Below, one piece after another: positions 36,571 through 45,620 of a stretch of 64,000 nt of DNA. The notes beneath the pieces were generated by a model. The model did no database searches. It had not been told where the DNA came from and was given only the letters and a program-made list of their open reading frames with translations. Positions within the stretch are counted from its first letter, which is position 1; each line of letters opens with the position of its first letter. Source of the DNA: Escherichia phage ECML-4; sequence record JX128257; one strand, 5' to 3'. The translations under genes were made by a program, and so were the position numbers.

Positions 36571-37309
36571 GATTCGAGACAAAAAATCTTTTATGAATTA
36601 TGTCTTGCGTAAATTGGGCGCTCCTGTGATCCAAATTAACCTTGACAGTTCACAAGTCGAAGATGCAGTCGATGATGCTCTGCAGAAATTTTGGGAATAT
36701 CATCGTGATGGTAGCCAAGATGCGTTCTTCCTGTACCAAGTTAAACAAGAAGATATCGACAAAGGATATATAGAATTTCCCGATGATATTGACGATGTGA
36801 TTGAAGTTATCCCTGGACCTCCTATTGAGTCAATCGGAAACTGGGCAACTCCTCAATGGCAAATGGCTCAAGCAATGCTTGTCCCCAAAGCAGCGCTGGT
36901 TTCTATTCGTCTCATTGATTATGTTTCCATGCAACAACGCCTGTCGGATATCACAAGCGTCTTAAATGTTCGCCGTAATTTTGTGTACAAGAAGTTCCAG
37001 CGACGCCTTTACCCGCAGTTTGCTGCCATTGTTGATGAAACCCTGGCTTTTCGTTGTTATCAAAATATCGATCCTGAATCAGAAGAAAACGCTGAAGCAT
37101 GGAATGATATGTGGCTGAAAGCATATGCAACCGCTCTCGTCAAACGGCGTTGGGCAGAAGTGCTTAAGAAGGCAAGAGGCATCCGTCTCCCAGGTGGTAT
37201 CGAATTGGATGGTGATAGTATGTTCAGTGAGGCTGAGACCGAGATAGAGCGGTTGGAGGAAGAATTGCGTACTGGTCAGCAATACCCCATTGATTTCATG
37301 ATGGGATAA
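36557..37309 (+). CDS. neck protein (T4 gp13-like)
   Basis: MAVNKIRDKKSFMNYVLRKLGAPVIQINLDSSQVEDAVDDALQKFWEYH resembles the T4 gp13 N-terminus; C-terminal WLKAYATALVKRR ... LPGG matches gp13 WVKDYATALAKEL ... LPGG. Confidence 0.7.
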   Translation: MAVNKIRDKKSFMNYVLRKLGAPVIQINLDSSQVEDAVDDALQKFWEYHRDGSQDAFFLYQVKQEDIDKGYIEFPDDIDDVIEVIPGPPIESIGNWATPQWQMAQAMLVPKAALVSIRLIDYVSMQQRLSDITSVLNVRRNFVYKKFQRRLYPQFAAIVDETLAFRCYQNIDPESEENAEAWNDMWLKAYATALVKRRWAEVLKKARGIRLPGGIELDGDSMFSEAETEIERLEEELRTGQQYPIDFMMG

Positions 37310-37312
37310 GAG

Positions 37313-37345
37313 AAGGCGGGTTATCCCGCCTTTCTTTTTATAACT
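37313..37345. terminator. bidirectional terminator hairpin
   Basis: GAAGGCGGG-TTAT-CCCGCCTTT followed by CTTTTTAT, between convergent genes. Confidence 0.6.
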
Positions 37346-37550
37346 TGATGTCGCGTCCGGAAGGATCTGAATTTGCTAGAATATAACCATCAACCACGTT
37401 CTTTTCGTCCCACCATTCAATAAAATCATTTCCCTTTTCGCCTTTGATAAGACCCACAATGTTATATGAATCATCGGCGATTTTAGCGTCTACACAGATA
37501 ATTCTCACACGCCTTCCGTCACGAGTTTCTTTAATATCTTCAACCTTCAT
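37338..37550 (-). CDS. hypothetical protein (70 aa)
   Basis: Complete minus-strand ORF between gp13-like and gp14-like genes. Confidence 0.45.
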   Translation of the reverse strand: MKVEDIKETRDGRRVRIICVDAKIADDSYNIVGLIKGEKGNDFIEWWDEKNVVDGYILANSDPSGRDIKL

Positions 37551-37611
37551 TTATCAATTCCTCAAAAGAATTAATGATTGACTAAATACCTTCAAAATTG
37601 AGGGTAAAGTC

Positions 37612-38253
37612 ATGGCTACTTCAAAATATTTCAACTATACAGCACACCAAGGTACTCAAAAATTAATTGATGACTTGGTGGTCGAGATGATACAATTGCG
37701 TGGGATTGACGTCAAGTATATTCCACGTTCTATTGTTGAAAAATACCCAATTTTAAACGAGGCCGAACACAAATTCGACCAAGCGTTTGACATCGAAGTG
37801 TACATGCAGGATTATCAAGGCTTCAACACACAGATGTGGGAAAAGTTCGGCGGTATTCAATTACAAGATGAAGTGACCTTCACTATTGCTCGTCGTCGTT
37901 TTTCAGAAGTTATTGGTAATGGTCCAGGCCTTGAACAAATGCCTCAGGAAGGTGATTTGATATATCTCCCAATGGCGAACAAAATATTCAAAGTGAATAA
38001 CCCGAATAACGACGAAGAATTTATGCAATTCGGTAAATGGTACACATATTCCTTACCGTGCACGTTGTTCCAATATGGTAATGAAGATTTTGATACTGGT
38101 GTATCTGAAATTGACGACATCGATAAACGTTTACAAGATCTAGACGGCGATGGTGTCTATAAAGATGCCAGTCTACAGACAGATAACCAATTTGCGGACG
38201 AAATAGAGAAAGATCTTTCGCCCAATAAAATGAAGATAGACTTCGGGGAATAA
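37612..38253 (+). CDS. neck protein (gp14-like by position)
   Basis: Position between gp13-like and gp15-like genes; CTAAATACC late-promoter-like box upstream at about 37579. Confidence 0.55.
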   Translation: MATSKYFNYTAHQGTQKLIDDLVVEMIQLRGIDVKYIPRSIVEKYPILNEAEHKFDQAFDIEVYMQDYQGFNTQMWEKFGGIQLQDEVTFTIARRRFSEVIGNGPGLEQMPQEGDLIYLPMANKIFKVNNPNNDEEFMQFGKWYTYSLPCTLFQYGNEDFDTGVSEIDDIDKRLQDLDGDGVYKDASLQTDNQFADEIEKDLSPNKMKIDFGE

Positions 38254-38255
38254 TC

Positions 38256-38954
38256 ATGGCCAGACCATTTGAAAAATATTTCTACCATGAATCGTTGTTG
38301 AAATATATCCATGTTTTCAACGCTATCATGTCGGATTTAAAAGTCAAAACCGAACGTGGCTTGATGGAAATCCCGCTGCATATGGCTATTGGTCGCCGTA
38401 ATGACCTCAACAGGAACGTACCAGCCAATATGCTGCCATTTGCAACAATGTCCTTTGGTCAGTTCGAAATCAATAAACAGGTGACGAAGTCGTATCACAA
38501 CCAAATATCGACAGCCACGGCACGGTCCAAACAACGCATTCCGATCATTATAGATTTTGAATATAACATCAGAACGAAGAAACTGGTCGAAATGCTACAG
38601 GTGTTGGAACAAATTTATTCTGTGTTCACTCCTTCCATTGATTGTCAGATAAAAGACAACGATACGTTATCTCAAGATCAAAACGTAAAGATCATGTTGA
38701 CATCCCATACCATTTCCGATAACTGGGAAGGGGATGCCGCTGAATCACCCCATATAGATTGCACCTTTAATTTTCAATTACATGGACACATTTATGGCGA
38801 AGATTATTGGGTCGATGATGGCTCTGGCGGTGGTGATCCGAACGTTATCAAAGAGATAATTATTGAAATGTCTAATGATTTGAACATGCCATGGTCGGAA
38901 CTTCCTGAGTGGTTCCGAGTTGATAAAGACGGCATACATCATCCGGAGGATTGA
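38256..38954 (+). CDS. tail sheath completion protein (gp15-like by position)
   Basis: Position directly upstream of the terminase small subunit gene; size 232 aa. Confidence 0.55.
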   Translation: MARPFEKYFYHESLLKYIHVFNAIMSDLKVKTERGLMEIPLHMAIGRRNDLNRNVPANMLPFATMSFGQFEINKQVTKSYHNQISTATARSKQRIPIIIDFEYNIRTKKLVEMLQVLEQIYSVFTPSIDCQIKDNDTLSQDQNVKIMLTSHTISDNWEGDAAESPHIDCTFNFQLHGHIYGEDYWVDDGSGGGDPNVIKEIIIEMSNDLNMPWSELPEWFRVDKDGIHHPED

Positions 38955-39637
38955 TCATGAGCAATATGTCAGAAAGGTTACTCGCTACGCTTGATGCGGT
39001 GACCGCCCGAGACGAAGTTGGGAAGGAGGCGATGGAGGCTGTCGCCCCTCGTCCAGGTATTGACTTCGATGAAAATACAGGTGAATGGTTTGGTGAACGT
39101 CCGGAAGGGTATCAGCCGATTCCTGAACCTCCATCATTGGAAGATATCGCGTCCAAAGAATCCAAGGTTCCGGAGTTTGCGGATACTGATGCCACAACAG
39201 ATTACAAGCGGATACGCGATACAACATACGCCATGCAGGAAGCCACGATGTTCATGATGGGGCAAGCTGCTAAATTAGCTGCATCTACCGAAGCCCCAAG
39301 AGCGTTTTCCGTGTTTCGTGAATTGGGCGAACTCATGCGCGGCCTGAACAAAGACCTGATGGAAAACCAAAAAACCATCAAAGCTGTGACAGGGGATAAA
39401 GAACCGCCGACTGATGACACGACAGTGGATGTTACCACTTCACCCGACGGGACCACAACAGTATCTGTTGGGAAAAAGGCGAGATCTTCGCGCGATTTAT
39501 TGAAGACGATCGAAGATGCACGCCGCCGCGCTGAAGAAAGAGCACAAGCAAAGGCCGCACAACAACCAGAAGATGAAATCATTGATGGTGAAACAGTTGA
39601 CGTGAAGGAAGAAGACGATGGCGTATCAGAAGCGTGA
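38951..39637 (+). CDS. terminase small subunit (T4 gp16-like)
   Basis: Central region DTTYAMQEATMFMMGQAAKLAASTEAPRAFSVFRELGELMRGLNKDLMENQKTIKAV parallels the remembered T4 gp16 core; overlaps the terminase large subunit start. Confidence 0.7.
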   Translation: MIMSNMSERLLATLDAVTARDEVGKEAMEAVAPRPGIDFDENTGEWFGERPEGYQPIPEPPSLEDIASKESKVPEFADTDATTDYKRIRDTTYAMQEATMFMMGQAAKLAASTEAPRAFSVFRELGELMRGLNKDLMENQKTIKAVTGDKEPPTDDTTVDVTTSPDGTTTVSVGKKARSSRDLLKTIEDARRRAEERAQAKAAQQPEDEIIDGETVDVKEEDDGVSEA

Positions 39638-41828
39638 TATAGAATATGCCCCAATTAAAACGGGGTTCAAAATAGACGATGTGAAATTGCGTATGGACCA
39701 AACGTTCATGCGCAAACCTTCTGTGCGTGCTCCTCGAGTCGAGTTAATGCTGACAGATGAACAAGAAGACGAATTCGTTGAATGTTCTATGGATGCACAC
39801 TACTTCGCCGCCAACTATTACAAGATAACCACGATCGATAAAGGCTTTATCCTTTTCGATATGCATGATTATCAGAAACAATTGTTCCATGACTTTCAGG
39901 ACTATCGATTCAATGCGGTCGTCCAGGCTCGTCAGTCCGGTAAATGCGTCCGTGGTGATACTCTTGTTTATGTCTATGATACAATCAGTCAACAAGAGTT
40001 GCATCTCACCATAGAAGAGCTTCACAAGCGCTTCGAAGGACCGAACCATGCTGTGCCACTGAATACCATTGGCAACCACAATAAGTTTGTAGACAGCCGT
40101 TTCGGGAAACGATATTTTGTTGAGTCCGACACTGGCTGGGTTCCGGTTATTGCCGCTCATAAAACGAAAGAATACGCTGAATACGTGGTCAGGACTGAAA
40201 CCGGACGCACAATTCATGTCGCAGATGAGCACATGTTCTTCAATGAATATGGGCGCGAAGTATTTGCTAAAGACATGGAGGCTGGAGATGCCATAATGAC
40301 CCAGGAGGGAATAGAATTCATCTCTGAGATCTGGGAGACTGGTGAGTACCACCACATGTATGACTTGCAAGTCAAGTCCAGCGATCAACGTTATTACACG
40401 AATGGGTTCCTCAGCCATAATACCACGGTCGTGGCTGCGTTTCTTCTTTGGTATGCGATGTTCCACTCAGACAAAGAAATCGCGGTACTGGCAAACAAAG
40501 AGAAACAAGCGATTGAAATTCTTGACCGTATCAGGAAGGCGTATCAGGACCTCCCATTCTTCCTTCAGCAGGGTTGTGAGAAGTTTGGTTCTACACTGAT
40601 AGAGTTTGAGAACGGCTCTAAGATATATGCTTATGCAACGTCTTCGGACTCTATTCGTGGTCGTTCTGTATCTCTCTTGTACGTGGACGAAGTCGCATTC
40701 ATCGAAAATGACTTTGAATTTTGGGAATCAACATTCCCAGCGATCGCATCTGCTGATACTTCACGTTGTATTCTGACCAGTACTCCGAAAGGCCAGCGAG
40801 GGTTGTTCTATGATATCGTCACCAAAGCAGACCCGCGCCATCCGCAATACAACGACTTCCATCTTACCGAAGTCCCTTGGTACAAGGTTCCGGCGTACAC
40901 CAAAGACCCTGATTGGGAAACCAAACAACGCGCTCGTCTGGGGGATGCCCGTTTTGACCAGGAATTTGGAATCAAGTTCCGTGGTTCTGTAGGTTCATTG
41001 ATACCAGCCAAATGCTTGGATAAAATGACATCCAAGTTATATCGAGAGCCTAATGAGTTCACCAAAATTTACAAGGAATATGACCCGCAACGCATCTACT
41101 TCGGGATCGCAGATACGGGGAAAGGTGTTGAAGGAGATTATTCGGTTCTGACAATTCTGGATATAACGGAATACCCGCATGTCATAGCGGCCAAGTACAG
41201 GAACAATACAATACCTCCGATGATGTATGCATACACGATAGCTGATATGTGTACTGAATACGGGGAGTGTCCAGTCCTTGTAGAAACCAACAACGACGTT
41301 GGTGGACAGGTTATTACAATCTTGTATCAAGAAATTGAGTATCCAGAGATTATATTCACGTCGACGGATAACAAAGGGACAGGGAAACGGATTGGTGGTC
41401 GTAAACCAGAGCCAGGCATTAACACCAACAGGAAAGTGCGATCTATTGGTTGTGCTAACCTGAAAGCGCTTATTGAGAAAGAAATGTTGGTGATTGAAGA
41501 TCAAGACACGATAGATGAACTCAGCACATTCGTGTTCCGTGGTGCGCGTTATGAAGCAGATGATGGATGTCACGACGACTGCGTTATGCCGTTGGTATTA
41601 TATTCTTGGGCAGTTAAACAAGAATGGTTCAGTGATCTGACTTCTACCAGTATTTCTCAAGACATGAGAAATAGAATGTCTTCGACTGAGTCACAACAAG
41701 TATTCCCATTTGGTGGTTTAGTCGTGGGAGACACTCCATCTGGAACTGAGCATCTCCCTGGGTTCGGTGGTGTTCAAGTCTTCGACGAACGTTCAGGGAT
41801 GACAATGGACGAGTGGTTTAAGAATTGA
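39618..41828 (+). CDS. terminase large subunit (T4 gp17-like) interrupted by a mini-intein
   Basis: Walker A RQSGK|TT is split by a 159-aa insert that starts with Cys and ends with His-Asn followed by Thr; flanks are gp17-like. Confidence 0.85.
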   Translation: MAYQKRDIEYAPIKTGFKIDDVKLRMDQTFMRKPSVRAPRVELMLTDEQEDEFVECSMDAHYFAANYYKITTIDKGFILFDMHDYQKQLFHDFQDYRFNAVVQARQSGKCVRGDTLVYVYDTISQQELHLTIEELHKRFEGPNHAVPLNTIGNHNKFVDSRFGKRYFVESDTGWVPVIAAHKTKEYAEYVVRTETGRTIHVADEHMFFNEYGREVFAKDMEAGDAIMTQEGIEFISEIWETGEYHHMYDLQVKSSDQRYYTNGFLSHNTTVVAAFLLWYAMFHSDKEIAVLANKEKQAIEILDRIRKAYQDLPFFLQQGCEKFGSTLIEFENGSKIYAYATSSDSIRGRSVSLLYVDEVAFIENDFEFWESTFPAIASADTSRCILTSTPKGQRGLFYDIVTKADPRHPQYNDFHLTEVPWYKVPAYTKDPDWETKQRARLGDARFDQEFGIKFRGSVGSLIPAKCLDKMTSKLYREPNEFTKIYKEYDPQRIYFGIADTGKGVEGDYSVLTILDITEYPHVIAAKYRNNTIPPMMYAYTIADMCTEYGECPVLVETNNDVGGQVITILYQEIEYPEIIFTSTDNKGTGKRIGGRKPEPGINTNRKVRSIGCANLKALIEKEMLVIEDQDTIDELSTFVFRGARYEADDGCHDDCVMPLVLYSWAVKQEWFSDLTSTSISQDMRNRMSSTESQQVFPFGGLVVGDTPSGTEHLPGFGGVQVFDERSGMTMDEWFKN
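39945..40421 (+). mobile_element. mini-intein (Hint domain, no endonuclease domain) in terminase P-loop
   Basis: In-frame insert CVRGDTLVYV ... MYDLQVKSSDQRYYTNGFLSHN; N-terminal Cys, block F/G-like terminus with HN plus Thr at +1; splicing out restores RQSGKTTVVAA. Confidence 0.7.
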
Positions 41829-41880
41829 TCACTAAATATCTTTCAAATTGAGCGAAACTCTACCGAGAAGGAATAACATT

Positions 41881-43776
41881 ATGGCAACTCAAAGCTTCAG
41901 CGTTGCGCCGTCCGTACAGTGGACTGAGCGTGATGCCACGCTTCAGACTTCTCCGTCCGTGGTTGTTCAGGGCGCGACAGTCGGCAAATTTCAATGGGGT
42001 GAAGTCGAACTCCCAGTGCTGGTGACTGGTGGTGAGACGGGTTTGGTGAAGAAATTCTTCAAACCTAATGACAGCACTGCGACAGATTTCCTTGTGATTG
42101 CAGACTTTTTGTCTTACAGCTCTATGGCATGGGTCACTCGTGTTGTTGGTCCTCTGGCCAAGAACTCTGTCACCAAAGGCCAGACAGCCATCACGATCAA
42201 AAACAAGCTGGATTTTGAAACAGCAAGTCCGTCAGCGTCTATCACTTGGGCTGGTCGTTATCCAGGATCTCTGGGGAATGACATCGCCATCAATGTTTGT
42301 GACTCCGCTGGATTCCCGACATGGGAATTCCGTAACAACTTTGCGTACGCACCTCAGTCTGGTGAATTCCATGTTGTGGTTGTAGACAAAGTTGGGCGCA
42401 TTACTGACTCTGCAGGCGCAGTCGGTCAGGTTGACCGTATATCTGTTTCTGGCACGGCAACTGCAGCTGGCACCATCAGTGTGGCAGGTGAAGATATCGC
42501 ATATCTGGATACTGATACTCCGGCCACTTTGGCGACCAAAATTGGCGCGGCGCTGACGGCGCTAACAGATGTTTATTCTTCTGTCGTTGTTAAGTCTAAC
42601 ACTGTCATCGTGACCCATAAAGCTATTGGTCCCCAGACAGTTACTGCTATTGTTCCAGATGATAAGGGGCTGACTGCAACCGCCGTGATTACCACTGTTG
42701 GTGCATCTGGTTCTATTATCGAAAAATACGAACTCATGCAGAACACACAGGGTTCCAAAAAGTCCGATGGCGCGAATGCGTACTTCAAAGATGTCATCAA
42801 TGATACATCAAATTGGGTGTACACCTTCGCTACCGCTCTGGCCGCAGATGTTGTTGAATTAGAAGGCGGCGTAGACGACTACAATATCAACCGTGTCGCG
42901 GCTATCCAAGTTCTGAACAATGCCGAAGCATATGATGCGAAGCCAGTATTTGCATACTGTGAAGAGTTGATTGAACAACAGGCATTAATCGACTTGTCTA
43001 CCGAGCGAAAAGACACCGTTTCCTTCGTGTCGCCTTTGCGTGATACCGTGGTCGGCAACCGTGGCCGTGAGATGGACGATGTGGTCGCTTGGCGTGAAAG
43101 TCTGGTGCGCGACTCCTCCTATTTCTTCATGGACGACAACTGGGCATACGTGTACGATAAATACAACGATAAGATGCGCTGGATCCCTGCTTGCGGCGGT
43201 ACAGCGGGTGTTTGGGCACGTAGTATTGAAATCGCGGGTATCTACAAATCTCCTGCGTTCCACAACCGTGGCAAATACAACAACTACAATCGAATGGCGT
43301 GGTCTGCGTCTTCCGATGAACGTGCCGTGTTGTACCGCAACCAGATTAACAGCATCGTGACCTTCTCCAATGAAGGTATCGTGTTGTATGGTGACAAAAC
43401 TGGTCTGACACGTCCGTCTGCTTTCGATCGTATCAATGTTCGCGGTCTGTTTATTATGGCAGAACAGAACATCGCTGCAATCGCCAAATATTACCTTGGT
43501 GAGAACAATGATGCGTTCACTCGCAGTCTGTTCAGCAACGCTGTTCGTCCTTATATTCGCCAGCTGGCAAATATGGGCGCGATCTACGATGGTAAAGTCA
43601 AGTGTGACGAAGATAACAACACTGCTGACGTTATTGCGGCAAACCAGATGGTCGCTGGTATCTGGCTGAAACCGGAATACAGCATTAATTGGATCTACTT
43701 GGATTTTGCTGCCGTTCGACCGGACATGGAGTTCAGCGAGATCGAGTCCGGCGGCGGTATCGTCGCGGCGTCCTAA
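41881..43776 (+). CDS. tail sheath protein (T4 gp18-like)
   Basis: GKFQWG near the N-terminus and C-terminal FDRINVRGLF ... NDAFTRS ... SINWIYLDFAA closely parallel T4 gp18; start ATG 41881 after AGGAA; CTAAATATC box upstream. Confidence 0.8.
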   Translation: MATQSFSVAPSVQWTERDATLQTSPSVVVQGATVGKFQWGEVELPVLVTGGETGLVKKFFKPNDSTATDFLVIADFLSYSSMAWVTRVVGPLAKNSVTKGQTAITIKNKLDFETASPSASITWAGRYPGSLGNDIAINVCDSAGFPTWEFRNNFAYAPQSGEFHVVVVDKVGRITDSAGAVGQVDRISVSGTATAAGTISVAGEDIAYLDTDTPATLATKIGAALTALTDVYSSVVVKSNTVIVTHKAIGPQTVTAIVPDDKGLTATAVITTVGASGSIIEKYELMQNTQGSKKSDGANAYFKDVINDTSNWVYTFATALAADVVELEGGVDDYNINRVAAIQVLNNAEAYDAKPVFAYCEELIEQQALIDLSTERKDTVSFVSPLRDTVVGNRGREMDDVVAWRESLVRDSSYFFMDDNWAYVYDKYNDKMRWIPACGGTAGVWARSIEIAGIYKSPAFHNRGKYNNYNRMAWSASSDERAVLYRNQINSIVTFSNEGIVLYGDKTGLTRPSAFDRINVRGLFIMAEQNIAAIAKYYLGENNDAFTRSLFSNAVRPYIRQLANMGAIYDGKVKCDEDNNTADVIAANQMVAGIWLKPEYSINWIYLDFAAVRPDMEFSEIESGGGIVAAS

Positions 43777-43810
43777 ATATAAGACACATGCCCTCTTCGG
43801 AGGGCATTTC

Positions 43811-44534
43811 AATGATCTTTATAATAGAGAACATCGAAATGATCGGAAGTGTCTACAAAATCACAAATCTCACCAACCAGAAAGCCTATATCGGGATCAC
43901 CACACGCGACCCAATAGACAGGTGGTGGGAGCATTGCAACAACGCTCAGAACGGCTCTGATTACTTCATTCACCAGGCCATCCGTAAATACGGCGAAGAA
44001 TCATTCTCGGTTCAGGTAATCGCGCAGACCAATTCTATAGAAGACCTCAAAGAATTAGAGATCATCTTGATAAAACAGCACGGCACTCATATGTCTACAC
44101 AGAAAGGTTATAACAAGACTTGGGGTGGTGACGGCGCAACTTCTTCAGGGAAAGCGGGGGCAATAGACGTTAATACTGGTGAACGTTTAGGACTAATAGA
44201 TTGTTCAGATCCTCGTTGGGATATGGGGGAGATTATTAGTTGCAGACATGGAGTCAAACATAAAGATAATACCAGGTTGTCCAACTATGCCAAAACTCGG
44301 ACTGGCGTTAAGAACCCCAATGCCAAGAAGTTCAAACTGATTTCACCATCCGGTGAAGAACATGAGATACATGGGAATTGCAAAGAATATGTGGAAAGCC
44401 TTGGGTTGAAATATTCAGCTCTTTATGATTATATTGAGAAAGACATCCCTGTTCCTCCGCCTTCTATATTTCATAAGAAGAATGCTTCACAAGAACGATT
44501 GAACACTGTTGGGTGGAGACTCGAAAGAATATGA
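43811..44534 (+). CDS. GIY-YIG homing endonuclease (Seg-like)
   Basis: N-terminal VYKITNLTNQKAYIGIT (GIY ... YIG); start set at ATG 43811 after the hairpin following the sheath gene. Track ORF start at 43689 overlaps the sheath gene. Confidence 0.7.
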
Positions 44535-44989
44535 TATACGCATACAAAATTGAAATGGTTTGTAATGGAAAGGTCTACATCGGTGTGACCAATCACCCAC
44601 AACGAAGATATGATCAGCATTTTGCGAATGCCTTTCATCATGGAGTCCAAAGTGAATTGTATGACGCCATGCGTAAGTATGGAACATCTGGATTTACTTT
44701 CGTTGTAATTGCTCAGACCGATGAAGTCCATAAATGGGAATTAGAGAAGCAACTCATCGCTCAATATAATTCTTATGAGATGGGTTACAACATGAATAAA
44801 GGCGGTAATGATGGAAGTCATATGCTGGGTAAAACTGCAGCAAAATTGACATCCACAGGTGAACACATTGGTCTTGTTTCTCTCATAGATCCCCGTTGGG
44901 AATTGTGTGAAATCGAACCTGTTTCAAGTAATGTTCATCATGGTTTCGATCTTTCTTCTATGAAGATTAAAAGATTGACGACTAATTAG
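44531..44989 (+). CDS. GIY-YIG homing endonuclease, paralogue of the preceding gene
   Basis: IYAYKIEMVCNGKVYIGVT motif; shares TGEHIGLVSLIDPRWELCEI with upstream TGERLGLIDCSDPRWDMGEI; ATGA start/stop overlap. Confidence 0.7.
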   Translation: MIYAYKIEMVCNGKVYIGVTNHPQRRYDQHFANAFHHGVQSELYDAMRKYGTSGFTFVVIAQTDEVHKWELEKQLIAQYNSYEMGYNMNKGGNDGSHMLGKTAAKLTSTGEHIGLVSLIDPRWELCEIEPVSSNVHHGFDLSSMKIKRLTTN

Positions 44990-45019
44990 AATTGTGTACT
45001 CTTATTTGGAGATATAAAA

Positions 45020-45553
45020 ATGGCGACAGTCAATGAGTTTCGCGCAGCCATGTCACGAGGGGGCGGCGTACAACGCCAACACCGCTGGCGTGTGACTGTA
45101 AACTTTCCTTCTTTTGTTGCTGGTTCCGACACAATTCGCGACGTGTCCTTGCTGGCTGTAACTACCAACACCCCGACAGGTCAGCTGGGTGAAATTCTGG
45201 TGCCCTGGGGTGGTCGTGAACTTCCATTCCCAGGCGACCGTCGTTTCGAAGCACTGCCTGTAACATTCATTAACGTTGTGAACAACGCGCCGTACAACGC
45301 ATTTGAAGTGTGGCAGCAATTCATCAATGGTAGTGAAAACAACCGTGCCAGCGCGAATCCAGATGATTATTTCCGTGATATCATCATGGAGCTTCTGGAT
45401 GCGAATGACAATGTCACCAAGACATGGACTTTGCAGGGTGGCTGGCCTCAAAACCTCGGCCAATTGGAACTCGATATGTCTGCGATGGACTCTTATACAC
45501 AGTTCACCGTCGATCTGCGTTATTTCCAAGCCGTGTCAGACAAATCTTTATAA
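45020..45553 (+). CDS. tail tube protein (T4 gp19-like)
   Basis: C-terminal QGGWPQNLGQLELDMSAMDSYTQFTVDL parallels T4 gp19 KGLWPTNVGELQLDWDSNNEIQTFEVTL. Confidence 0.7.
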   Translation: MATVNEFRAAMSRGGGVQRQHRWRVTVNFPSFVAGSDTIRDVSLLAVTTNTPTGQLGEILVPWGGRELPFPGDRRFEALPVTFINVVNNAPYNAFEVWQQFINGSENNRASANPDDYFRDIIMELLDANDNVTKTWTLQGGWPQNLGQLELDMSAMDSYTQFTVDLRYFQAVSDKSL

Positions 45554-45620
45554 TGTCCTCGGTGCTGGGGGAATCATATTCCCCCTCACTAATTACAAGA
45601 AAATGTTGAGGACTTAGATC

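Noticed and set aside
43689-43810. Upstream start of the first GIY-YIG ORF at 43689 overlapping the sheath gene
   Set aside because: It would overlap 88 nt of the sheath gene in another frame; an ATG at 43811 follows the post-sheath hairpin and still precedes the GIY-YIG motif.
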